Shown: one piece after another, positions 45,049-56,341 of the stretch
Layout: each line of letters begins with the position of its first letter
Position numbering within the stretch: the first letter of the stretch is position 1
Assembly (NCBI GenBank): GCA_964016885.1
Contig: OZ024759.1
Location: forward strand, 7,564,001-7,628,000
DNA: 64,000 bases
Source of the DNA: Eledone cirrhosa
Lineage: Eukaryota
Direction: 5' to 3'
Program-made: the position numbers and the translations under genes
Notes under the pieces: model-generated
Database searches by the model: none
Seen by the model: the letters and a program-made list of their open reading frames with translations, nothing else
What the model was told of the DNA's origin: nothing

Positions 45049-45392
45049 TATACATATACATATGGCATATTTTGGCAGTGGGTTTTGGTTATCGTGTTGA
45101 GCTCTACTGATGAACGACTCCAACCGTGACTAATCCCACTGAAAAGTTTTGTGAAATAGTCTTTTTAAGACTATATAGAGCATTTGTAGTTTTTCCCAAT
45201 TGAAGGATGAGTATTTAAACTTTATTTTATTCTGAGTTAAGACTCTATTGGTTTTTTCCCTGGATTTCACAAAATCTGTGGATAAAATCTCTGTCTTGAT
45301 TTTTATTTTAATTAAGTTTCAATTATTTTCCCACATCTTACGTTAAATATTTTCCATTTTGACGTTATAGTCACTTATATATTATGAAATAC

Positions 45393-45548
45393 TTGTTTCT
45401 ACTTTAGGCACAAGGCCAGCAATTACCCAGTGCATTACTGGTACTTTATTTTATCGACCCCGTAAGGATGAAAGGCAAAGTTAACTTCGGCGGGATTTGA
45501 ACTCAGATCGTAAAGGGACGTAACTATGCTGCAAAGCATGGCGTTGGC
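45393..45548 (-). mobile_element. Nin/Deu-type SINE, 5'-truncated
   Basis: Matches 28725-28873 inverted. Confidence 0.85.
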
Positions 45549-45599
45549 TTCTTGCTCACATTAATTTCTCTATTTTCATTTATATATATATATATAAAT

Positions 45600-45636
<37 letters not shown>

Positions 45637-45715
45637 AATACACACATATATATATATACACACACACACATATATATATATATAAATACACACACACACA
45701 CATATATATATAAAT

Positions 45716-45797
<82 letters not shown>

Positions 45798-46353
45798 TGA
45801 TGAGGGACGTATTTTATTACATGTTACCATGTGCTACCTGCAGTATTTTTCTCTATATTTTAATACATATATTTACCACTGCGATTCTCTGTTTTTTTTC
45901 TCTCTCTCTTACTGTTCCCCCATTCTCTCTGTTTCTCCCCCTCTGTCTTGTCCGTTAACTCTTCCTCACACTTTCACTCACTCACTGTTTTTCTCCCTCT
46001 TCTCTTCATTTCATCCTGCACTCACGGACGCTATTTTTTCTCTCTCTGCTCAATGGCCTTCGTTCGTGCTGGCACTATTCTCTAAGCGCTCATATATTCA
46101 CCTAGCTTACGCTAACAGAATAATTTTTGAAGCTTGTTTCTCTCCCACGGTATGCTATATTTTCTGTTGTTCTCCTGTCTCACTCGCTTTACGCGTTTTA
46201 ATTGTCCTAATAACTTATTTTGGTTATTATTGCACCGAAGTGAGATATATGATTTTTAATGCAATGAAATATCTATGATCTTCGGCAAATCACTGATGAG
46301 GGACGTATTTTATTACATGTTACCATGTGCTACCTGCAGTATTTTTCTCTATA

Positions 46354-46423
<70 letters not shown>

Positions 46424-46426
46424 AAT

Positions 46427-46459
<33 letters not shown>

Positions 46460-46462
46460 AAT

Positions 46463-46521
<59 letters not shown>

Positions 46522-46542
46522 CACACACATATATATATATAT

Positions 46543-46576
<34 letters not shown>

Positions 46577-46790
46577 GCAAAAGTTTTATTTAAGATTGTT
46601 GGGTTACAACATGTAAATATTTTATAACTGATATAAAAGCACTCAACAGTTTCTGGAGTAGGTTTACGATATGAAACAAATGGAAACTATATTTATAAAA
46701 CCATATTTATTTCGTTATATATATTTCTGGGATATCATATGGTATGCCTTCCTCAGACAAAATACAATACATAAGCTGTTTTATAAATAA

Positions 46791-47779
46791 CTAGCAGTAA
46801 AGCCCGGCGTTGCTCGGGGTCGCTCAGTAGCTGTGTTAAAGTTACAATGTTAAGTTTCTTTCTTGGCTTAAAAACTGTAGTGTCTACTGTGCAGACTTGC
46901 ATGTGGTGTTTTTGATTAATATTCCCTCAACCAACAATATGCCTTATGAAGTTAAGAAAACATAACGATAACCCGAATGTTATAACAAAAGAGGATGCTG
47001 GGGATAGAAACTGCACTGGTTATTTATTAACAAAGATCGAAAATGTAAACACTGCAACGCAGAGAAAAACATTAGCGTAACCAAATTATCAGTTATGTCT
47101 GTCTGCACGCCTATATCACCTCTCTGCACGACTGTCTGTCTGCACGCCTATATCACCTCTCTGCACGACTGTCTGTCTGCGCGCCTATATCACCTCTCTG
47201 CACGACTGTCTGTCTGCGCGCCTATATCACCTCTCTGCACGACTGTCTGTCTGCACGCCTATATCACCTCTCTGCACGACTGTCTGTCTGCACGACTGTC
47301 TGTCTGCACGACTGTCTGTCTGCACGCCTAACGACGAAATATTTGCTTGTTTTACGTAGTCTTTAAATAGACTTGTTTTCAAGTAAAAATATTGTTTTAA
47401 AATGCTTTTAAATGGAAATGAAGCAAAACGGAAGCTTAGTGTTCGAACTGATGAATTTTGCAGGTCAATATTTTGCTGGCTCGACAACTGTTAATGTCAT
47501 TTTAAACGCTGAGAAAGCCAGCGTAATTTTTTACGTAAGACGCTCAATGTAAACAGAACAAAGGGAAATAACTGATCACTTACGCTCAAAAATCGATACA
47601 TTATATTCGATTTCGTCACATAGGGTGGGTCAATTTGAAATTTTTTTTCTTCCGATGTCTTCGCTAGGGCTCAATGTACAAGTATAGCAATTTCGGTGCA
47701 ATTCCGTGAGAGATTCCGAGAGGAGATGTGTGCCAAAAATCGATAGACAGACAGACAACCACAGTTTTATATATATAGA
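46791..47779 (-). mobile_element. Non-autonomous Helitron (left-arm copy)
   Basis: Mirror image of 47860-48831. Confidence 0.87.
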
Positions 47780-47859
47780 TTAGTGACATACCTTGTAATA
47801 ATGCAACTTCCATTTAAAAAGTTAAATGGAAGTTGCATTATTACAAGGTATGTCACTAA

Positions 47860-48831
47860 TCTATATATATAAAACTGTGGTTGTCTGTCTGTCTATCGAT
47901 TTTTGGCACACATCTCCTCTCAGAATCTCTCACGGAATTGCACCGAAATTGCTATACTTGTACATTGAGCCCTAGCGAAGACATCGGAAAAAAAAAATTT
48001 CAAATTGACCCACCCTATGTGACGAAATCGAATATAATGTATCGATTTTTGAGCGTAAGTGATCAGTTATTTCCCTTTGTTCTGTTTACATTGAGCGTCT
48101 TACGTAAAAAATTACGCTGGCTTTCTCAGCGTTTAAAATGACATTAACAGTTGTCGAGCCAGCAAAATATTGACCTGCAAAATTCATCAGTTCGAACACT
48201 AAGCTTCCGTTTTGCTTCATTTCCATTTAAAAGCATTTTAAAACAATATTTTTACTTGAAAACAAGTCTATTTAAAGACTACGTAAAACAAGCAAATATT
48301 TCGTCGTTAGGCGTGCAGACAGACAGTCGTGCAGACAGACAGTCGTGCAGAGAGGTGATATACGCGTGCAGACAGACAGTCGTGCAGAGAGGTGATATAG
48401 GCGTGCAGACAGACAGTCGTGCAGAGAGGTGATATAGGCGCGCAGACAGACAGTCGTGCAGAGAGGTGATATAGGCGTGCAGACAGATAGTCGTGCAGAG
48501 AGGTGATATAGGCGTGCAGACAGACATAACTGATAATTTGGTTACGCTAATGTTTTTCTCTGCGTTGCAGTGTTTACATTTTCGATCTTTGTTAATAAAT
48601 AACCAGTGCAGTTTCTATCCCCAGCATCCTCTTTTGTTATAACATTCGGGTTATCGTTATGTTTTCTTAACTTCATAAGGCATATTGTTGGTTGAGGGAA
48701 TATTAATCAAAAACACCACATGCAAGTCTGCACAGTAGACACTACAGTTTTTAAGCCAAGAAAGAAACTTAACATTGTAACTTTAACACAGCTACTGAGC
48801 GACCCCGAGCAACGCCGGGCTTTACTGCTAG
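47860..48831 (+). mobile_element. Non-autonomous Helitron with internal 37-bp minisatellite
   Basis: 5' TCTATATATATAAAA, 3' hairpin CCCGAGCAACGCCGGG followed by CTAG, inserted between A and T. The empty site gtcactaa|ttatttata is seen at ~49474-49490. Confidence 0.9.
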
Positions 48832-49054
48832 TTATTTATAAAACAGCTTATGTATTGTATTTTGTCTGAGGAAGGCATACCATATGATATCCCAGAAATA
48901 TATATAACGAAATAAATATGGTTTTATAAATATAGTTTCCATTTGTTTCATATCGTAAACCTACTCCAGAAACTATTGAGTGCTTTTATATCAGTTATAA
49001 AATATTTACATGTTGTAACCCAACAATCTTAAATAAAACTTTTGCATATATATA

Positions 49055-49087
<33 letters not shown>

Positions 49088-49098
49088 GTGTGTGTATT

Positions 49099-49137
<39 letters not shown>

Positions 49138-49140
49138 ATT

Positions 49141-49171
<31 letters not shown>

Positions 49172-49202
49172 ATTTATATATATATATGTGTGTGTGTGTG
49201 TG

Positions 49203-49248
<46 letters not shown>

Positions 49249-49728
49249 TATAGAGAAAAATACTGCAGGTAGCACATGGTAACATGTAATAAAATACGTC
49301 CCTCATCAGTGATTTGCCGAAGATCATAGATATTTCATTGCATTAAAAATCATATATCTCACTTCGGTGCAATAATAACCAAAATAAGTTATTAGGACAA
49401 TTAAAACGCGTAAAGCGTAATAATGCAACTTCCATTTAAAAAGTTAAATGGAAGTTGCATTATTACAAGGTATGTCACTAATTATTTATAAAACAGCTTA
49501 TGTATTGTATTTTGTCTGAGGAAGGCATACCATATTTTTAATATGATATCCCAGAAATATATATAACGAAATAAATATGGTTTTATAAATATAGTTTCCA
49601 TTTGTTTAATATCGTATTTATATATATATATATATAAATATGAATTAGTTTTGCGAGGTTTTTGATATGAAATCGTGTGTCGAAACAAATATTGTTATAC
49701 TTGGGGAGGGTCATATTTGTGTAATAAT

Positions 49729-49839
49729 ATTGTTTCTACGTTAGGAACAAGGCCAGCAATTACCCAGTGTATTACTGGTACTTTATTTTATCGACCCCAT
49801 AAGGATGAAAGACAAAGTCAACCTTGGCGGGATTTGAAC
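49729..49839 (-). mobile_element. Nin/Deu-type SINE, truncated
   Basis: 3' part of the same SINE family. Confidence 0.82.
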
Positions 49840-49864
49840 AATATTATTTGTGTAATAATAATAA

Positions 49865-50052
49865 GGGCGGTGGATTGGCAGTATCAGTAGAGGGTCGGAC
49901 GCCATGCTTTCCAGCATAGTTACGTCCTTTTACGGTCTGAGTTCAAATCTCGCCGAGGTTGACTTTGCCTTTCATCTTTACGGGGGTCGATAAAATAAAG
50001 TACCAGTAATGCACTGGATAATTGCTGGCCTTGTGCCTAAAGTAGAAACAAT
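49865..50052 (+). mobile_element. Nin/Deu-type SINE, full length
   Basis: GGGCGGTGGATTGGCAG head, B-box GAGTTCAAATC, GCCTTTCATC..GTCGATAAAAT domain, flanking duplication ATTTGTGTAATAA. Confidence 0.87.
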
Positions 50053-50228
50053 GATTTGTGTAATAAATTTGCCAGAATTTATAGCAGAACACACTCACTG
50101 TTGGTTGGTTTTCACTTCTGTATCTTTTATATCGGTTAATTTAATTTATTCGGTCCTCAATGTTTACCATTGACTGACCAACAGTCAAAAATACAGATAC
50201 AATATAGACACAAACACATATATATAGT

Positions 50229-50276
50229 CTAACAAAGTTCTTTCGTTGCACACTTGCAACATCGTCAATGGTGCTA
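50229..50276 (-). ncRNA. Degenerate hammerhead-like motif downstream of the GIY-YIG relic
   Basis: Minus strand reads TTGACGA-T-GTTGCA-AGTG-TGCAAC-GAAA. Stems I and III are poor. Confidence 0.45.
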
Positions 50277-50554
50277 TTATGTTTCCTCCCGTTGCATTGT
50301 ATGCCTACGCCATCTTTATTTAGTCTGTTTATTTATTTATTTATTTATTTATTTTTGTCTTCTTCTCTGCGCATGCGTTTGCGTGTGTGTATAATGTTTG
50401 GGTGACTGTATATTGGTTATTGTATTCTATCTTAGTTTACTAGTGTGTGTTTATATGTGTTTGTTGTTATTGTGCTTGTGTATGTATTTATTTATTTATT
50501 TTTTTATTTATTTATTTATACTTCTCTTAGGTCAGTGTTGTTTGTTTGGGTGTT

Positions 50555-50815
50555 GTTGTTATTCCATTCATTTTTTCTGTTTAGCCTTGGCCTTCTAAGT
50601 TCTATTTCGCTGGCCTCTCTGATTTGCCTACCTGCTGCGTCATTTCTATGTTTAGATATTATTTTAATTTCTATGTTGTCTATGTTACCGTCCTGTTGTT
50701 GTCTGGCAAGTTTGTATAGTACTGAATCGTTTTTTCGTCCTTTTAGTTCCCCCAGTGTTGGTCTATCCTTTCACCTATGCTCCGAGCTGTCTCGCCTATG
50801 TTGTCATGTTTCTGC
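50555..50815 (-). pseudogene. Penelope-like element GIY-YIG endonuclease remnant
   Basis: Manual translation of the minus strand gives NIGETARSIGERIDQH, a frameshift, then DSVLYK...GRQIREASEIELRRPRLNRKNEW. Confidence 0.75.
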
Positions 50816-51158
50816 AGAAACATGACAACAACATAGAAATTAAATAGAAATTAAAAAACGACTTAAACATGTGATGTGACTGTTGTATCGTGGTTTGGTG
50901 AAGATGAGGTTGGAGAGATGCAGGGAGGATTGGATGTATATGGGGGGGGGGAGAGGTTGGAGGAAGCGCTTGAGAGTAGAATGGAGTGGTAGAGAGTCGT
51001 GGAATATTAAAATGGAAGAAGCAAAGAAAATTTCAAAGATATGAAAGATTTCCTGGTGGAGGTTCAGGTGTACTCCAGGTTGATATCCAGTTTCGGGGTG
51101 AAAATCCAATTAGAAAATCCAACAAATTTTGAGAGGTGCACGTAAGCGTTGATATATA

Positions 51159-52039
51159 CAGGGTGAGGACGATATTTGTTCGCAATTTTCAACTGCTAAT
51201 TTTATGCAATTTATTTTTACTTCCGTTGTCACTCTTGTCTCCATAAAAACAGTGACTATATTTCCATTATTTATTTTCAGAATAATTGATTATGAATAAT
51301 TTTGAACCTCCAAATTTGTGGAAGAGACACGGAGTTCTTCTTGGAATCCGCGCCGGGAGGACAAATAAGACCAGAAGATCAACTCCCAGAACAACAGGTG
51401 TCTCGCTGTCTCATCCAAAGACGTGCCCAGAGTCATGCAGACAAAGTTTCCAGCGACAACATTGGTCTTAGGTGTCGTCAGCAGTCGAGGTGACGTCATG
51501 CCACCTCACTTCTTCCCTGAGAGCCTCAAGCTGAACACTGATGGATACATCCACGTTCTGAGCGAAGTAGTAAAGCCCTGGATCGACCAGGTAGCTGCAG
51601 GTAGGCCGTATGTGTGGCAGCAAGGCTCAGCGCCCTGCCATACCAGCCGAAAGACCCAAGCCTGGCTGTCAGAGAACTTCGTCGACCACACATCACCTGA
51701 CATCTGGCCTCCCAGCTCACCTGACTGCAACCCTTTCGACTTCTTTGTGTGTGGCGCAGTGGAACGAGACACCAACAGATCTAGCTGCAATACGAAAGAC
51801 GATCTGAAGGCCAAGATCACAAGTGCATTTAGGGGCCTAAGTCGGGGGACAGTGACGAAGGCCTGTAGCCGGTTCCGAGGCCGTCATCAAAGCCAATGTC
51901 GGATTTATCGAGTGAGATAGAAAGAACAAGTCATGAAGACATACTGACCCAAGTTTGATAAATAAATCTTAAAAAATAAAACTACTGTGTTCATTTTTCC
52001 TAGACAGTAATCTTGAGAACAGATATCGTCCGCACCCTC
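51159..52039 (+). mobile_element. Tc1/mariner DD37D (maT-type) transposon relic, internally deleted
   Basis: ~27-bp imperfect TIRs CAGGGTGAGGACGATATTTGTTCGCAA preceded by TA. ORF 51423-51920 has QQ(D>G)SAPCH and WPPSSPDCNPFD with 37-residue spacing. Confidence 0.88.
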
Positions 52040-52203
52040 TTCGATATAAATACCCCCTCCGCCTCCGTGGTATTTTCTTCGTGGTTATAAGAGGCTTAGC
52101 TCTGTTTCTCGACCGTTATATCGCGTGACTATCTCCCCCTCCGCCTTTTGGGATTCTTTCTCACGTCGTGTAGACGCGTTCTTGAGACTAGTAAAATGAG
52201 GTA

Positions 52204-52293
52204 TCCTCTTGATAAGTCGGCAGACCTCGCAAGGACTCTATATCTTTATGATGTATTGTTTTTGTTTATGCCACGAAACTACGTAGTCGAGGA
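52204..52293 (+). ncRNA. Type I hammerhead ribozyme, U3-A8 core variant
   Basis: TCCTC-TTGATAA-GT(C)GGCA...TGCCAC-GAA-ACTACGTAGT-C-GAGGA, GUC cleavage triplet. Confidence 0.72.
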
Positions 52294-52362
52294 ATCTAGG
52301 AGCAGTTTAGGTATGATACATTTTATTACTAATTATATCTAAATGTTTCTTCTCTCTTCATA

Positions 52363-52408
<46 letters not shown>

Positions 52409-52499
52409 GTATGTAAAAGGTAAACAGAAATCACAACACAATCGGTACAGTATATGGAAGGGATATATTAGGTTAACGCTTGAAATAGCTGGAAGAGGG

Positions 52500-52535
52500 T
52501 CTTAACGTTTCGGACGCTAGTCCTTCATCAGAAGA
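52500..52535 (-). ncRNA. Minimal type I hammerhead ribozyme
   Basis: Minus strand reads TCTT-CTGATGA-A-GGAC-TAGC-GTCC-GAA-ACGT-T-AAGA. Confidence 0.75.
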
Positions 52536-52667
52536 AAGAATGAGAAATAAAATAGAAGATTAAGGGGACAGCCGGGATGGAATTGGAAAAAATGTCTTTA
52601 GATAAAAATAACAGGTCCATTCATGTTGACATCTCTTGCAAACCTGTTGGTGGTGGCGTTTTGTGTG

Positions 52668-53098
<431 letters not shown>

Positions 53099-53102
<4 letters not shown>

Positions 53103-53212
53103 TCATCCTCATTGTTTAACGTCTATCTTCCATGCTAGCATGGGTTAGACGGGTTTGTCCCATTTGAGGCAAGTTTGGTCGGGGTGACCATGTCTTGCTC
53201 ATACAGAACTGA
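53099..53212 (-). mobile_element. RTE 3'-terminal fragment
   Basis: gtttaacgtc..ccatgctagcatggg terminal motif shared with the other RTE copies. Confidence 0.75.
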
Positions 53213-53226
53213 TATATATATATTAT

Positions 53227-53559
53227 GGAGGCACATGGCTTAGTGGTTAGAACATTGGCCTTGCAATCGAAAGGTTGTGAGTTCAATTCTCAGACCGGGT
53301 GATGTGTTGTTTCCTTGAGCAAGGCACTTTATTTCACATTGCTCCAGTTTACTCAGCTGTAGAAATGAGATGATAGGGACTGGGGTCCCTATCATTCCAC
53401 TGCAAAGTGGTCGTGGAGGTGCCACGGCAGAAAAGCACCCAGCACTCACTGTAAATGAGGTTGGTGTTAGGAAGGGCATCCAGCTGTAGAAATCAAGCCA
53501 GAATCAGTTCCCGTCCCACCCTTGCAAGCAGGGAAAAGTGGACGTAAAATGATGATGAT
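53227..53559 (+). mobile_element. tRNA-derived CORE-type SINE with RTE-B 3' tail
   Basis: A-box TGGCTTAGTGG, B-box GAGTTCAATTC, CORE-like CCTTGAGCAAGGCACTT..CAGTTTACTCAGCTGTAGAAATG, 3' part nearly identical to 23380-23487, (GAT)n tail. Confidence 0.88.
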
Positions 53560-53609
53560 TTAATAAAGAAGAAAGACGATTTTAAATAAACATGCTCTGT
53601 GTGTTATAT

Positions 53610-56341
53610 GTCAACCTGACCTAGGGCTAAACTGTCTCAGTTATTACATCTCTGATCATAGAGCTGCTCTACCACCACTGGTCAACCTGACCTAGGGCTA
53701 AACTGTCTCAGTTATTACATCTTTGATCATAGAGCTGCTCTACCACCACTGGTCAACCTGACCTAGGGCTAAACTGTCTCAGTTATTACATCTTTGATCA
53801 TAGAGCTGCTCTACCACCACCGGTCAACCTGACCTAGGGCTAAACTGTCTCAGTTATTACATCTCTGATCATAGAGCTGCTCTACCACCACTGGTCAACC
53901 TGACCTAGGGCTAAACTGTCTCAGTTATTACATCTTTGATCATAGAGCTGCTCTACCACCACTGGTCAACCTGACCTAGGGCTAAACTGTCTCAGTTATT
54001 ACATCTCTGATCATAGAGCTGCTCTACCACCACTGGTCAACCTGACCTAGGGCTAAACTGTCTCAGTTATTACATCTTTGATCATAGAGCTGCTCTACCA
54101 CTGGTCAACCTGACCTAGGGTTAAACTGTCTCAGTTATTACATCTCTGATCATAGAGCTGCTCTACCATCACTGGTCAACCTGACCTAGGGCTAAACTGT
54201 CTCAGTTATTACATCTTTGATCATAGAGCTGCTCTACCACCACTGGTCAACCTGTCCTAGGGCTAAACTGTCTCAGTTATTACATCTTTGATCATAGAGC
54301 TGCTCTACCACCACTGGTCAACCTGACCTAGGGCTAAACTGTCTCAGTTATTACATCTCTGATCATAGAGCTGCTCTACCATCACTGGTCAACCTGACCT
54401 AGGGCTAAACTGTCTCAGTTATTACATCTTTGATCATAGAGCTGCTCTACCACCACCGGTCAACCTGACCTAGGGCTAAACTGTCTCAGTTATTACATCT
54501 CTGATCATAGAGCTGCTCTACCACCACTGGTCAACCTGACCCAGGGCTAAACTGTCTCAATTATTACATCTCTGATCATAGAGCTGCTCTACCACCACCG
54601 GTCAACCTGACCTAGGGTTAAACTGTCTCAGTTATTACATCTCTGATCATAGAGCTGCTCTACCACCACTGGTCAACCTGACCCAGGGCTAAACTGTCTC
54701 AATTATTACATCTCTGATCATAGAGCTGCTCTACCACCACCGGTCAACCTGACCTAGGGTTAAACTGTCTCAGTTATTACATCTCTGATCATAGAGCTGC
54801 TCTACCACCACTGGTCAACCTGACCCAGGGCTAAACTGTCTCAATTATTACATCTTTGATCATAGAGCTGCTCTACCACCACTGGTCAACCTGTCCTAGG
54901 GCTAAACTGTCTCAGTTATTACATCTTTGATCATAGAGCTGCTCTACCACCACTGGTCAACCTGACCTAGGGCTAAACTGTCTCAGTTATTACATCTTTG
55001 ATCATAGAGCTGCTCTACCACCACTGGTCAACCTGACCCAGGGCTAAACTGTTTCAATTATTACATCTTTGATCATAGAGCTGCTCTACCACCACTGGTC
55101 AACCTGTCCTAGGGCTAAACTGTCTCAGTTATTACATCTCTGATCATAGAGCTGCTCTACCACCACTGGTCAACCTGACCTAGGGCTAAACTGTCTCAGT
55201 TATTACATCTTTGATCATAGAGCTGCTCTACCACCACTGGTCAACCTGTCCTAGGGCTAAACTGTCTCAGTTATTACATCTTTGATCATAGAGCTGCTCT
55301 ACCACCACTGGTCAACCTGACCTAGGGCTAAACTGTCTCAGTTATTACATCTTTGATCATAGAGCTGCTCTACCACCACTGGTCAACCTGTCCTAGGGCT
55401 AAACTGTCTCAGTTATTACATCTTTGATCATAGAGTTGCTCTACCACCACTGGTCAACCTGACCTAGGGCTAAACTGTCTCAGTTATTACATCTTTGATC
55501 ATAGAGCTGCTCTACCACCACTGGTCAACCTGACCTAGGGCTAAACTGTCTCAGTTATTACATCTTTGATCATAGAGCTGCTCTACCACCACTGGTCAAC
55601 CTGACCTAGGGCTAAACTGTCTCAGTTATTACATCTTTGATCATAGAGCTGCTCTACCACCACTGGTCAACCTGTCCTAGGGCTAAACTGTCTCAGTTAT
55701 TACATCTTTGATCATAGAGCTGCTCTACCACCACTGGTCAACCTGACCTAGGGCTAAACTGTCTCAGTTATTACATCTTTGATCATAGAGCTGCTCTACC
55801 ACCACTGGTCAACCTGACCTAGGGCTAAACTGTCTCAGTTATTACATCTCTGATCATAGAGCTGCTCTACCACCACTGGTCAACCTGACCTAGGGCTAAA
55901 CTGTCTCAGTTATTACATCTCTGATCATAGAGCTGCTCTACCACCACTGGTCAACCTGACCTAGGGCTAAACTGTCTCAGTTATTACATCTTTGATCATA
56001 GAGCTGCTCTACCACCACTGGTCAACCTGACCTAGGGCTAAACTGTCTCAGTTATTACATCTCTGATCATAGAGCTGCTCTACCACCACTGGTCAACCTG
56101 ACCTAGGGCTAAACTGTCTCAGTTATTACATCTCTGATCATAGAGCTGCTCTACCACCACTGGTCAACCTGACCTAGGGCTAAACTGTCTCAGTTATTAC
56201 ATCTCTGATCATAGAGCTGCTCTACCACCACTGGTCAACCTGACCTAGGGCTAAACTGTCTCAGTTATTACATCTCTGATCATAGAGCTGCTCTACCACC
56301 ACTGGTCAACCTGACCTAGGGCTAAACTGTCTCAGTTATTA
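53610..56341. repeat. 71-bp tandem satellite, ~38.5 copies
   Basis: Unit CTGATCATAGAGCTGCTCTACCACCACTGGTCAACCTGACCTAGGGCTAAACTGTCTCAGTTATTACATCT; period 71 (53641 to 53712). Confidence 0.97.

Larger units (their letters stand above)
46185..49417. repeat. 3.2-kb palindrome: arms 46185-47817 and 47822-49417, spacer AAAG
   Basis: Arms are reverse complements apart from a few substitutions and repeat-length differences. Confidence 0.95.

Noticed and set aside
45107-45145. CTGATGA...GAAA hammerhead candidate
   Set aside because: The intervening sequence cannot form stem II, and there is no stem I or III.
46293-46360. CTGATGAG hammerhead half-core (mostly duplicated at 45799-45866)
   Set aside because: No downstream GAAA or stem III. 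At best a deleted pLTR remnant.
50840-51109. 89-aa ORF resembling a Penelope ORF N-terminus (RYNSHITCLSR)
   Set aside because: Similarity too short to support without a search.
53227-53300. tRNA gene
   Set aside because: The A/B boxes belong to a SINE head; no complete cloverleaf.
53610-56341. CRISPR-like array
   Set aside because: Whole 71-bp units repeat with no unique spacers, no cas genes, and the context is eukaryotic.
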